Counted from the stretch's first letter, positions 41,371 through 52,114 are shown. The stretch: 64,000 bases of DNA from an uncultured Desulfatitalea sp. (GCA_963668675.2 CAXXMB010000002.1:2784001-2848000), one strand, 5' to 3'. Notes: generated from the letters alone by a model not told the origin. A program made the numbers and translations.

Positions 41371-43722
41371 GTGCGGCTACTGAACTGGATGATCACCGCC
41401 CGACGGGCTTGTTTTTTGATCACTTGTGGATTGACCTGCCTCTTCGTCTATTTTGCTTCTCAACTGCACATCGACAACAGGGCAGAGGCTTTGATCGATA
41501 CCCAATCCAAGGCCTGTGATGAATATCGTACCTACCTGAAGCGCTTTAGTTCAGAGCATATCGTCCTTGTTGCTGTTCATCTGGCACGACCGGTAGGAGA
41601 TCCAGAGGTCTTAAGGCGTCTTCTCAAAGCGGATGCCGCTTTGCGGCAGATTCCGGAAGTACGAACCACTACAAGCCTGATGGATATATCCACCGTTCGC
41701 AGAACGGTTGACGGTATTTCAAAATGGCCCCTCATCTGGCTGCCGAACAAAGACCGGCCAGTTCGTGCACTGGATGACAATCTGCTCACCCTGCTACGCA
41801 CAACCTATCCGGCCGTAAAACAACTTATTTCGGAGGACCTTAAAACCATAGGCCTTTTCGTGGAACTTCGTCCCGGTGATCCTGGACAAAATAGCACCGG
41901 CATGATTGAAACTATCAGAAGCTCGATCCATCATGCTTTCGGGTCTGATGCCGTCGCCGTTCATATGAGCGGCGGTCCTATATTGATGGAAGCCATAAGA
42001 CGCCACAACGTGGAAAATGCGTTTATTTTTTTAGTTTGCGCCTGTTTGGTGGGCATCGCGGTTGAAATTTACGTTTTTAAAAATCTTCTCGTATCCATTT
42101 TCATTTATGGCGTTTCGGCTGTTGCCGTTGTCTGGACCATGGGTTTTATGGCCTTATCCGGAGTTTCCTTGAACCCGATTTCAGGCATGGCCTTTGGTAT
42201 GGTCCTCATCCTGACCTCCATGACCATAATCCATCTGGTTACACATTACTATGAGCGATACCTGAGCGCTTCAAACAGGGAAACGGCGATGCGCGAGGCG
42301 ATCGCCTCCGTGGGGCGGCCTGGATTCATGTGCTCGGTAACAACGGCCATCGGTTTTGCCAGCATCGCCACGAGTTCGGTTCCGACCGTAAGGCAGTTTG
42401 GCCTGATAATGTCCACAGGCGCGCTGCTCTCCTTTGGATTGGTCTACCTGTTGTTGCCTTTTCTGCTGCTGAATTTGAAATGGACCAAGCCCCGGCGGCT
42501 TGCAATGCGCTCGGATGACGTGTTGGCACGCATCCACGACCACATCGGCCGCTCGGTGTTCCGACGCGGTTCATGGTATGTCGCCGCCGCTGCTTTGCTG
42601 TTTGTCATCCTGATGGCTGGCCTGCCTCAAATACAGATAGATACCAGCCTCATGCATCTTTTCCATAGAAACGCACCTGAAGTGCAAGATTACAACTATA
42701 TTCAACAAACACTGGCACCGCACCAGAGTTTACACCTGTTGATCGAAGCGCCCCCCGGAAAGGTTCTGAATGCACAGACGCTTAGCAAGATCAGGGAATT
42801 CGAGAATAGTCTCGTGGCGCTTGACCAAGTAAAGTCCTGCCACTCTTTCTTTAGGGTACTCGAGACAGTATATGCCGGTTTGTTCGGAGACGAAGACCTT
42901 TTGGGACTCTATAGATCCAGTTTTTTGTTTCAACAAATATACCGGCGTGTTCTCTCTGACCCGGATAGCAGGCGCCTTTTAAAAGGGGTGTTGGATTTCG
43001 AAACCCGCACTCTTTGCCTTTCTCTGGAAATCGCTGAGCCAAGAAAACGTGAAGTAACGGTTTCAGCGGCCGAAATTCTTCGACTCGCCAACCAGCAGTT
43101 GTCCCAGATTGGACAAATATCGGTGACTGGGCCTGAACTGGCGGCCCAAGATCAAGCCAGGAAATTGATTCGCGCCCAGATGACATCACTCGGTTTGGCC
43201 CTGGTCGCCATTTGCGTTATGCTGATGCTGCAGTTTTCATCTTGGCAAATGGGTCTTTTGAGCCTGATACCCAACATTTTCCCGCTGGCGGCTATTTTCG
43301 GGGTGATGGGTTGGTTCGGCATCCCGCTAGATAATTTAACTATCATGGCCGCCGTCATCTCATTCGGATTGTCCGTGGACGACACCATCCACTACTTTTC
43401 TCAGCTGCAGTCTGCTTTTGAACGTTCGCCGACCCGAGGGGCGATCCGTGGCGCCGTAAAGGAGGCCTACCGAATGAGCGCCAAAGCATTGATTTCGACG
43501 TCGGCCGTTATGGCGCTCTCTTTCGTCACACTTGTGTTTTCACCCTTTCGGCCGACAGCTTCTTTCGGACTGCTGGCATCAGTAGCTGCCGTCATCGCTT
43601 TGGCCGCCGATCTGGTTTTCATGCCCGCTTTGATTTTGAGCTTCGACAGGATACAGAGAATGATCCTCAACGGTTCTATCGCCAAACCAAAATGTAATAC
43701 AGGAGCCAGCCCATGTTCTTGA
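41371..43722 (+). CDS. MMPL/RND-family lipid transporter
   Basis: Two halves, each TM + large loop + TM bundle; TTAIGF, LIPNIFP, GLSVDDTIH. Confidence 0.85.
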   Translation: MRLLNWMITARRACFLITCGLTCLFVYFASQLHIDNRAEALIDTQSKACDEYRTYLKRFSSEHIVLVAVHLARPVGDPEVLRRLLKADAALRQIPEVRTTTSLMDISTVRRTVDGISKWPLIWLPNKDRPVRALDDNLLTLLRTTYPAVKQLISEDLKTIGLFVELRPGDPGQNSTGMIETIRSSIHHAFGSDAVAVHMSGGPILMEAIRRHNVENAFIFLVCACLVGIAVEIYVFKNLLVSIFIYGVSAVAVVWTMGFMALSGVSLNPISGMAFGMVLILTSMTIIHLVTHYYERYLSASNRETAMREAIASVGRPGFMCSVTTAIGFASIATSSVPTVRQFGLIMSTGALLSFGLVYLLLPFLLLNLKWTKPRRLAMRSDDVLARIHDHIGRSVFRRGSWYVAAAALLFVILMAGLPQIQIDTSLMHLFHRNAPEVQDYNYIQQTLAPHQSLHLLIEAPPGKVLNAQTLSKIREFENSLVALDQVKSCHSFFRVLETVYAGLFGDEDLLGLYRSSFLFQQIYRRVLSDPDSRRLLKGVLDFETRTLCLSLEIAEPRKREVTVSAAEILRLANQQLSQIGQISVTGPELAAQDQARKLIRAQMTSLGLALVAICVMLMLQFSSWQMGLLSLIPNIFPLAAIFGVMGWFGIPLDNLTIMAAVISFGLSVDDTIHYFSQLQSAFERSPTRGAIRGAVKEAYRMSAKALISTSAVMALSFVTLVFSPFRPTASFGLLASVAAVIALAADLVFMPALILSFDRIQRMILNGSIAKPKCNTGASPCS

Positions 43723-45911
43723 CCCGACCGACACAAACGCAACCGGTTCTACCGAGCACACCGGTTCAGGAAACCGCCCACAAAGATGCGGCCATGGAGT
43801 GGTGGTTTTTCCAGGGATGGTTTAAGGGAGAGTCAGCGGAGTTGCGCCATTTTATGGTCGCTTTTTTTCAGCAGGGTGAGCACTCTTCTTCTGCCGAACA
43901 GCTGACGGGCCATACGCTGCTGCTTTCCCACCTGAATCCCAAGACTTCAGATCATTGCTATCGCAGCCAAATCTCACCAGCGGTTTCCGATCTGCTTTAC
44001 CATTACCGCGAAGAGATCAAAGTGGCCGATTTCGACAACGCGATGATCGACGATCTTATGGACGAAATTCGTACCTATGGGCCGCCCCGGCCGATTGTTG
44101 AAAATGCAACTCCAGTGAAATCAGCCGCAAACAGACTATATGTGCAGTGGGCGGATACGGTGATTCGACAGGTTGGAGAACAGTTTTTTCTGCACTACGA
44201 ATCTCCGGATGAACAACTGCCGTGCCGCTTCGTTTTATCCCCGCGCTCAAGTCGTATCTTTCATGAACTGGATGCAGGGCTCGACCAGACCATGGCCTAT
44301 GCGTCCATACCCCGGATGACCCTTGAAGGTACGGTTGCAGGATCGCCGGTGCTTGGCGAAGCCTGGTTCGATCACCAATGGGGAACCTATGCCTGGTTCG
44401 CAGCCGAGGGACGCGGAAGACAGGTGCTCGGCTGGGATTGGTTTGGTATCAATCTCGATGATGGTAGCGACCTTTTGTTGTTGATCCATAGAGACATGCA
44501 GAACCAGCGTATCTTGAAGCAAAATGCCATATATATCCCTGCAGAAGGACCTTCTCGAGAACTATCATCATTTAGGGCCGACTCTTTTTACTCCTGGAAG
44601 AGCCCCGTTACCCTCAGCGAATATCCATTGGGCTGGCAGATCGAACTTCCGGAGATTGACGCATCCCTGGCCATTACGCCGTTGGCCGATGATCAGGAAT
44701 TGGCTCTGTTCGGCGTCATGCGGTCCACCTGGGAGGGCGCCTGCAATGTGCGGGGGACGAAACAGGGCAGAAAGGTCTCCGGCCGAGCCCGCCTGGAATT
44801 GCACGGATATGGCTATATTTTCGATTTTAGAACTTATCTGGATCGTTGGGTGGCAAGAATTGACCGGCATATCGAAGCATTTCTGCCGCCGGAGATGGAT
44901 ACCAAAAGCCTCTCTTCATATGTGGATTCACAATGCCGTTATGACTTGGGCGCCCAGACCCAGATGCTAAACAGGCCGGTATGGGATATGATGGCGCGCG
45001 GCGGTAAGCGCTGGCGGCCTGTCTTTGGGTTTTTGCTTCTGAATGCCCTGGGGAAAAGCCACCTCCCGTTCGAACGTCTCCTGTCTGTTTTTGCGGAGCT
45101 GAGCCATCTCGGTTCGCTGATCATCGATGATATAGAAGATCAATCACCATTGCGACGCGGCGAAGCGTCGATTCACCTGCGCTACGGAACCGACCTTGCG
45201 ATCAATGCGGGTAACACCCTCTATTTTCTTCCATTACTGCTGTTGGAAAATCACCCGCATTTGTCAATTGCTCAGCGGGAACGCGTCTACCAGGTGATGA
45301 TACGGCAATATGTCCGTACGCATTTCGGGCAGGGGATGGATATCTACTGGTCCAAGTTCGTCTCCGGTGATAATCTGCAACCATGGATCGATGGGTCCTT
45401 GTCCGCAAAGGTGCTCGACATGTATGCGGATAAAACTGCTGCCCTCGTCATCGGCATGGCAAAGTTGGCCTGTATCATTGCGGAAGCAGAGGAGAAGGTC
45501 CAAAAAGCTTGCGTTAATTTTGCGCGGTCTTTCGGCGTGGCCTTCCAGATTATGGACGATGTGCTTAATTTCAGTAATTCCGGCAAGTGGACCAAGGTAA
45601 TCGGAGAAGATCTTTCGGCCGGGAAGCTCACCTATGTTTTTGTTAAAGCGATGGAGAAGACAGAGGGTAGTGCGCGTGAAACACTGCAGCGCCTCGCCTG
45701 CGATGAAGGATACCGGCGCGATTTCCATCATATCGAGACAGGCCTTCGAATCATTCAAGAATCCGGCGCGCTGGAAGAGTGCCGCCGGGAGGCGCACTCC
45801 ATGGTTCAGGCGCAGTGGCATGAACTATCCAGGCACCTCGTGCCATCTGAGCCCAAACTCATGCTGCGCCTGTTATGTTCCAAACTGACGGACTTGACTT
45901 TCGTCGCATAG
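43713..45911 (+). CDS. Fusion of a CrtC/AttH-like (lipocalin-type) domain and a trans-isoprenyl diphosphate synthase
   Basis: N-terminal EWWFF, WFDHQWG, GWDWFGINL, WKSP...YP, DQEL...WEG; C-terminal GGKRWRP, IIDDIED..LRRG, GQGMD, KT, FQIMDDVLN, GEDL. Confidence 0.85.
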   Translation: MFLTRPTQTQPVLPSTPVQETAHKDAAMEWWFFQGWFKGESAELRHFMVAFFQQGEHSSSAEQLTGHTLLLSHLNPKTSDHCYRSQISPAVSDLLYHYREEIKVADFDNAMIDDLMDEIRTYGPPRPIVENATPVKSAANRLYVQWADTVIRQVGEQFFLHYESPDEQLPCRFVLSPRSSRIFHELDAGLDQTMAYASIPRMTLEGTVAGSPVLGEAWFDHQWGTYAWFAAEGRGRQVLGWDWFGINLDDGSDLLLLIHRDMQNQRILKQNAIYIPAEGPSRELSSFRADSFYSWKSPVTLSEYPLGWQIELPEIDASLAITPLADDQELALFGVMRSTWEGACNVRGTKQGRKVSGRARLELHGYGYIFDFRTYLDRWVARIDRHIEAFLPPEMDTKSLSSYVDSQCRYDLGAQTQMLNRPVWDMMARGGKRWRPVFGFLLLNALGKSHLPFERLLSVFAELSHLGSLIIDDIEDQSPLRRGEASIHLRYGTDLAINAGNTLYFLPLLLLENHPHLSIAQRERVYQVMIRQYVRTHFGQGMDIYWSKFVSGDNLQPWIDGSLSAKVLDMYADKTAALVIGMAKLACIIAEAEEKVQKACVNFARSFGVAFQIMDDVLNFSNSGKWTKVIGEDLSAGKLTYVFVKAMEKTEGSARETLQRLACDEGYRRDFHHIETGLRIIQESGALEECRREAHSMVQAQWHELSRHLVPSEPKLMLRLLCSKLTDLTFVA

Positions 45912-46052
45912 TATTAAAGCCCATCCCAAGAACGAATCTTGGGTCATAAGGGGGAGGTCATAAGTGGGACGCCTATCAGTCATACAACGCCTTTCCTGTG
46001 AGTTAGATATGTTCAACCGCTAGCATAAACCAAGGCCCAGTGCAAACTGATC

Positions 46053-46250
46053 CATCACCGTTCCACGTGCCGTTATGTCAAAGAGCTCAAGAGCGGTAAA
46101 CTCAAGATCGATAAAGCCAAAGTCAAGCAAGATGAAACGCTTGACGGCAAGTATCTGCTTTCAACCAGCGATCTGCACCTTTCAGCCGAAGACATCGCCT
46201 TGGGCTGCAAGCAACTGCTGGAAGTCGAACGTGCCTTCAGGACGCTGAAT
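46053..46250 (+). pseudogene. IS1634-type transposase fragment
   Basis: Reads KLKIDKAKVKQDETLDGKYLLSTSD..SAEDIALGCKQLLEVERAFRTL; no ends or start. Confidence 0.7.
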
Positions 46251-46345
46251 TTCATTCAGTCTATATCTTGCTGATATATTGATGTTTTTCCGTTTTCGTG
46301 TAACTATGACGGTCGAACGAGTGTAAAGATCCGGCGTTAAAGCAG

Positions 46346-46805
46346 GTGAGCAGAGGCGTTTACCGGCTGAAGGAACTGCCTCCGATATCCAACCCGGACC
46401 TGGTTACCGTATGCCTCCGGTACTCTAATGCCGTCATCTGTCTTATTTCCGCCTTGTTGTATCACAACCGAGATTCCGCACTCAGTTTACTTGGCTGTAC
46501 CAAGAAACTCAAGAATACCGTCAATCGACTATCCTCCAATTCAAGTCCATCGTTACTCTAATCAAGCATACAACGTCGGAATCGAAAGGCATGTCATTGA
46601 TGGTGCGTCTGTAAAAATCTACACCCCGGAAAAGACCCTTGCCGATTGCTTCAAATTCAGAAACAAAATTGGAATGGATGTTGTCCTTGAAGCGCTTAAG
46701 CTATACAAATCGCGAAAAAAATTAGATCTTAAAAAGCTACTTATGTTTTCCGAGGTGTGCCGTGTAAAGAAAATTATGATGCCCTATCTGGAGGCAACGA
46801 TCTGA
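46346..46805 (+). pseudogene. Type IV TA antitoxin AbiEi, 5'-truncated and frameshifted
   Basis: SRGVYRL...VICLISAL in one frame and TTEIPH...PEKTLADCFKFRNKIGMDV..EAL in another; break near 46460. Confidence 0.8.
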
Positions 46806-47710
46806 CCAAAAGACTGCTGAAAAATATCGCGGCGTCTGTAAGGTAAAAACTGCTAAATAAATCAAGGGCTGATATTCGTCCTTTTCATGAACTTGTTCAA
46901 TATTATGCCATGGAGCGGTTTCTATATCGCCTTTCCCTATCTCACCATGCAAATCGATTTATTCTTAAAGGGGCCTTGATGCTTCGTATTTGGCAGGCTC
47001 CCGAAATCAGACCGACGATGGACATTGATTTGCTTGGCAGGACAAATAATGATACCTCACAGCTTACGTCCATTGTAGAGGATATATTATCTATTGAGAT
47101 TGAACCGGATGGCCTAATTTATTTGGCTGAACAGATAAAAGTTGAGACGATTGCCGAAGAGGCTGAATATCAAGGTGTAAGAATCTGGTTCCCTGCAAAA
47201 ATAGATACAATGTCGCTGAATATGCAAATTGATATCGGATTCGGTGATGTTGTTTATCCCGCGCCTGAAATAACTGAAATCCCCTCCATGTTAGAATTCC
47301 CCTCACCGTGGTTGCTGTTTTACAGCCGTGAGAGTTTGATTGCTGAGAAATTTGAAGTGATGCTGAAACACCGTGAATTGTATAGTCGGATGAAGGATTT
47401 TCATGACATCTGGTTGCTCTCCCGCAATTTTGGCTTTGAAGGAAGGGAGCTATCGGAAGCCATAAAGTTGACACTTGAACAACGCGGGACTTCTTTACCA
47501 GTCAACATAGTTGCCTTTTCTAATGAGTTCATCTCAACCAAACAAACCCAATGGAATGCTTTCCGGAAAAAACTCAGACAAGATCACATTCCTGAAAAGT
47601 TTGAAGAGATCGTCAAGCAAGTGAAGGATTTTATCGGCCCTATTACATCGGCACTGATGTCGGACAAATCACCTCCTTCAAAATGGTCTGCTCCAGGTCC
47701 ATGGGTATGA
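46802..47710 (+). pseudogene. Type IV TA toxin AbiEii nucleotidyltransferase with premature stop
   Basis: KNIAASVR*KLLNK (TAA at 46844-46846) in frame with MERFLYRL, FILKGA, RPTMDID, IAEKF, SRMKDFHD. Confidence 0.8.
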
Positions 47711-50634
47711 ACATGGCGTATCAGGAATTATTCAAAAAGTATAACTCCCTATTAGAACAAGTTGATCAATTAACACGAGAAAACCGAAGGTTGAAAGCCA
47801 AACTCGGATTGCAGGAAGCACAAGCCCCACGAAACACAACCCAAGCAATTCAGATGGAATTTGTGCCTGATGGTGAATCGAATGATATAAAGCCTCTTAT
47901 AGATATTAACAGCACCTCGGATTCAACTTCGAAAATTCGGCTGTTTATGTCCCTGTTCAAAGGTCGTAAGGATGTCTACGCAAGGCGATGGGAAAATAAA
48001 AATAAAGGAACATTGGGGTACGCACCGGTATGTCTGAATCAATGGCAACCAGGGGTATGCAGTAAGCCCAAAATTCCCTGCTCAAAATGCAAAAATAAAG
48101 CATATGCCGTACTGGATGAAAATGTCATTGAGGATCATCTCAGAGGAAATACCGTCGTCGGCATCTATCCCATGTTGCCGGATGAAACATGCTGCTTTCT
48201 GGCAATGGATTTCGATGAGGCGGACTGGCTAAAAGATGTATCCGCGGTACGGGATGTTTGCAACGAGTTTGAGATCCCCCTGGCGATTGAACGTTCACGT
48301 TCCGGTGTTGGTTGTCATGCTTGGTTTTTCTTTGAAAAATCAATTTCTGCCGTTCTTGCACGGAAATTCGGTACTTCCCTGCTTACCTGTACAATGGACA
48401 GGCGACATGAAATAAAATTTCAGTCCTATGACAGGTTGTTCCCGAGCCAGGACACCATGCCCAAGGGCGGTTTGGGAAACCTGATTGCGCTGCCGCTGCA
48501 AAAAACAGCCAGGGAAAAATCAAACAGTGAATTTGTCGATGATAGTTTTCGATCGTATAGTGACCAATGGAGATTCCTCTCCTCGATTCAAAGAATTTCA
48601 GAAAACCAATTAGAAGATCTTATCTCAGTACTTTCCCATGGGAATGAGTTGGGTAATTTAAAGATAGACGAAGAAGAGAAACCCTGGGAAACTCAGCGTC
48701 CAAAAAAAATATTAGAAAAAGACGATTTTCCAGATCATCTCGAAATTATCAAAGCGAACATGCTGTATGTTCCGAAAGCCGGAATCTCCCAAAGGGCACT
48801 CAATCGGTTGAAGCGTCTCGCATCATTTAAAAATCCGATGTTTTACCGGCAGCAGGCTATGCGTCTGCCTACCTACGGGCATCCGCGGGTCATCTCTTGC
48901 GCCGATGAAACCAAACACTATCTGTGCCTGCCCAGAGGATGCGAGCCGGAATTGCTTGATGAACTCGAAGCACTCGGCATCGATGTCAGAATAGTCAACA
49001 AAACCTTTAGTGGCAACAGGATAGATGTGGAATTCAAAGGCCAACTTAGAGATGAACAGCCCTTGGCCCTCAAACATCTGCTCCAGCATGAAATTGGCAT
49101 CCTTTCAGGCACAACAGCCTTTGGCAAAACAGTCGTGGCAATCAAACTAATTGCGGAGAAAAAAATAAACACGTTGATCTTGGTGGACAAGATCAGCCTG
49201 CTGTCGCAATGGAGGGAAAGGCTATCAGAATTCCTCACAGTCAACGAAATATTGCCGGAGGAACCAATCACCCAGCCCCCCAAAAAAGGGCGCAGGAAAA
49301 AGAAAAGCGTTATCGGACAAATAGGGGGTGGTAAAAATGCACTGAGCGGGGTTATCGATATTGCAGTCATGCAGTCGCTCAGCAGACAGGGTGAAGTCAA
49401 GCAATGCGTCAAAAATTATGGTGTCGTCATTGCCGATGAATGTCATCATGCCTCGGCATTCACCTATGAACAGATTTTAAAAACAACCAATGCAAAATAC
49501 ATTTATGGCCTCACCGCCACACCGACACGAAAAGACGGGCACCACCCGATTCTGTTCATGCATTGCGGCCCGATCCGCTATCGGGACAATCCCAAAAAAC
49601 AGGCAGAGAACAGACCGTTTGATCATTACATTATCCCCCGATTTACCTCCTTGAGAATTCCTCTGGGCACCGATTCAAAAGACCTATCCATTCAGGAATT
49701 ATATTCAGAAATCATGGATAATGACTTCAGAAAACAGTTGATCGTCGAGGATGTACTCAAAAATTATCGTCAGGGCAGAAGCTGCCTTGTTTTGACCCTC
49801 AGAACGGCCCATGTGAAGCGGCTTACAAAAAGAATAGAAGAAAATATACCGGACGTCATTGCTCTCACTGGTGGCATGGGAAGGAAGTCAACCCAGGAAG
49901 CCTTCGAGCGTATCGCCGACATCCCCGTCGGAAAAAATATCGTTCTGGTGGCAACCGGTCATTTTATCGGTGAGGGTTTTGACGAGCCGCGCTTAGACAC
50001 GCTTTTTTTGGCCATGCCAATATCCTGGAAAGGAACGCTGCAGCAATATGCAGGCAGACTCCACCGCCTTTATAAAACGAAAAAAGAGGTCCGGATCTAT
50101 GATTATGTAGACATCCAGGTAAAGATGCTCGAGAGCATTTACCAAAGGCGCCTGAACGGATACGCCTCAATGGGATATAAGGCCAAGGGGGAAGAGGTTA
50201 TGGACACCCCACTGGATATCATATTCAATAAGGATAATTTTATTTCTGTATTCAATCAGGATATTATTGCGGCTAATAAAGAAATCCTGATCGTGAGCCC
50301 GTTTGCACGAAAAAGACGTACTCTTCAAATGATACAGCATTTGAAAAATGCAATCGGGGAACACATCCATATCACCGTAGTGACCCGCCCGAAAGATGAC
50401 TTCCCAAAGAAAAATCATTCTGTTTTGCAGAAGGCTTTGAATCTCTTAACCCACAGTGGGATAAACATCATATACAAATCGAATATTCACCAGAAATTTG
50501 CCATCATGGATCAAAAAATCGTGTGGTACGGAAGCATCAACCTATTGAGCTACGGGAGCGCCCAGGAGAGTATCATGCGGATTGAAGGCTCTAATATTGC
50601 GAACGAATTGATCAAAAGCATAGAAAATGCGTGA
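47707..50634 (+). CDS. AEP-type (TOTE-like) primase domain + SF2 DEAD/H helicase + C-terminal PLD-like nuclease domain
   Basis: LFKGRKDVYA, GIYP, DFD, ERSRSG..H, GNLIALP; TAFGKT, DECHH, TATP, QYAGR; HQKFAIMD..WYGSIN. Confidence 0.85.
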   Translation: MNMAYQELFKKYNSLLEQVDQLTRENRRLKAKLGLQEAQAPRNTTQAIQMEFVPDGESNDIKPLIDINSTSDSTSKIRLFMSLFKGRKDVYARRWENKNKGTLGYAPVCLNQWQPGVCSKPKIPCSKCKNKAYAVLDENVIEDHLRGNTVVGIYPMLPDETCCFLAMDFDEADWLKDVSAVRDVCNEFEIPLAIERSRSGVGCHAWFFFEKSISAVLARKFGTSLLTCTMDRRHEIKFQSYDRLFPSQDTMPKGGLGNLIALPLQKTAREKSNSEFVDDSFRSYSDQWRFLSSIQRISENQLEDLISVLSHGNELGNLKIDEEEKPWETQRPKKILEKDDFPDHLEIIKANMLYVPKAGISQRALNRLKRLASFKNPMFYRQQAMRLPTYGHPRVISCADETKHYLCLPRGCEPELLDELEALGIDVRIVNKTFSGNRIDVEFKGQLRDEQPLALKHLLQHEIGILSGTTAFGKTVVAIKLIAEKKINTLILVDKISLLSQWRERLSEFLTVNEILPEEPITQPPKKGRRKKKSVIGQIGGGKNALSGVIDIAVMQSLSRQGEVKQCVKNYGVVIADECHHASAFTYEQILKTTNAKYIYGLTATPTRKDGHHPILFMHCGPIRYRDNPKKQAENRPFDHYIIPRFTSLRIPLGTDSKDLSIQELYSEIMDNDFRKQLIVEDVLKNYRQGRSCLVLTLRTAHVKRLTKRIEENIPDVIALTGGMGRKSTQEAFERIADIPVGKNIVLVATGHFIGEGFDEPRLDTLFLAMPISWKGTLQQYAGRLHRLYKTKKEVRIYDYVDIQVKMLESIYQRRLNGYASMGYKAKGEEVMDTPLDIIFNKDNFISVFNQDIIAANKEILIVSPFARKRRTLQMIQHLKNAIGEHIHITVVTRPKDDFPKKNHSVLQKALNLLTHSGINIIYKSNIHQKFAIMDQKIVWYGSINLLSYGSAQESIMRIEGSNIANELIKSIENA

Positions 50635-50734
50635 ATAGATCTAACTCACTTTATCGCACAGGGGGTATTTTAATAATCCTATATTTACCCAATGAATTAA
50701 TAAGATATAACCTTCTGTATTTTTAGGAAATATG

Positions 50735-50908
50735 TGGTGGAGGTCTCAGAGCCTTAATTCAACCACGTCTGAAACACGATAAATCCGCGTAAGTTCTTTC
50801 GGATAACACAGATCCGAACCAAAGCTAACCTATTTTATTCATAGGACTTAGAGAAATCCAATTCTCTGATTTTTCCCCAAACAGAGAACGGACGTGAGTT
50901 CGACTCAT
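50735..50908. repeat. Degenerate ~170-bp island-end repeat, copy A (contains TGGTGGAGG, the complement of the tmRNA 3' end)
   Basis: Shares GGAGG..GAGCCTTA, GAGAAAT..AATTCTCT and AAACAGAGAACGGACGTGRGTTCGAYTC with copy B at offset 2059. Confidence 0.6.
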
Positions 50909-50947
50909 TCCGCCATGCCCAGCGTAACACATCAAAACCACATCTGA

Positions 50948-52114
50948 TCAGCGTGGCAGCTCCGTACCTTCATTCATGATCCGGATGTATTCCACATAGG
51001 AATAGAGGCGGTTTCTCTTCTGACCGGTTACCTCTTTGACAATGCCAAGCTGCTCCAGTTCGCGTAGGCAGGCATTGACGGTCGCCGGTGAAAGCTGGGT
51101 CTTTTCCTGAATCCAGTTTGGCGAGGCCATCGGCCGTTCCAGCATCGCCTTGTGAATCAGGTGTGCAGAGCCGGAGATGCGTTTCAGGCCGTTGATACGC
51201 TGACCATCCTCGGCAGATAGCTTCATCAACTGCTGGGCTGTCTCCACTGCCTGCGTTGCTGTGTGAATGACCGCGTCTGCAAAGAAATCCAGCCACGCCT
51301 CCCAGTCTCCTGTCAGACGCACTTCATTGAGCAGCTCATAGTATTGCTGTCGGTGAGTTTTGAAATATAAACTCAAGTACAGCATCGGCTCCTTGAGCAC
51401 CTTCTCGGAGCAAAGCAATAGGGTAATGATCAAACGGCCCAGACGTCCGTTACCATCGAGAAACGGGTGGATGGTTTCAAACTGAACATGGGCCAAGGCC
51501 GCTTTGATAAGGACAGAAGTCTTCTCTGGCTGGTCGTGCAGAAAAAGCTCCAGCTTGCCCATGCACTCCTGAACATTTTCCGGAGGCGGTGGGACGAAAG
51601 CAGCTGTACCGGGACGGCTGCCACCAATCCAGTTCTGACTTCTGCGAAACTCGCCTGGATCACATTCCTTGCCGCGCCCCTTGGATAGCAAAACACTGTG
51701 AATCTCTTTCAGCAATCGGAGTGAAAGCGGAAAATCTTCATTCAGCCGGTTCAACCCGTGATTCAGCGCCGCCACATAATTACTGACCTCTTGCACGTCA
51801 TCAAGAGGTACGCCGGGCTGATGCTCAAATTCAAAAAGCAACAGGTCGGAAAGTGAGGACTGGGTTCCCTCGATCATCGAGGACAGAACCGCCTCTTTGC
51901 GCACATACATATAAAGAAAGAGTGAGGTATCCGGGAGTAACACCGAAACACTGTCCAGACGACCGAGCGCCAGCAGAGCCTGATCAAACTTTTCCCGGAG
52001 TTCTGACGACCATTCAATTGGCGGTGTGGGCGGCAACGGAGCCGGAACAAAGGCTTGCGCCTTTTCCCCGACTGTCGAAATGGTTATGTAATGGCCTTGT
52101 AGATTCCGGTTCAT
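50948..52114 (-). CDS. Fic family protein (class II) with C-terminal HTH
   Basis: HPFLDGNGRLGR catalytic motif; N-terminal inhibitory SSMIEG. Confidence 0.92.
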   Translation of the reverse strand: MNRNLQGHYITISTVGEKAQAFVPAPLPPTPPIEWSSELREKFDQALLALGRLDSVSVLLPDTSLFLYMYVRKEAVLSSMIEGTQSSLSDLLLFEFEHQPGVPLDDVQEVSNYVAALNHGLNRLNEDFPLSLRLLKEIHSVLLSKGRGKECDPGEFRRSQNWIGGSRPGTAAFVPPPPENVQECMGKLELFLHDQPEKTSVLIKAALAHVQFETIHPFLDGNGRLGRLIITLLLCSEKVLKEPMLYLSLYFKTHRQQYYELLNEVRLTGDWEAWLDFFADAVIHTATQAVETAQQLMKLSAEDGQRINGLKRISGSAHLIHKAMLERPMASPNWIQEKTQLSPATVNACLRELEQLGIVKEVTGQKRNRLYSYVEYIRIMNEGTELPR

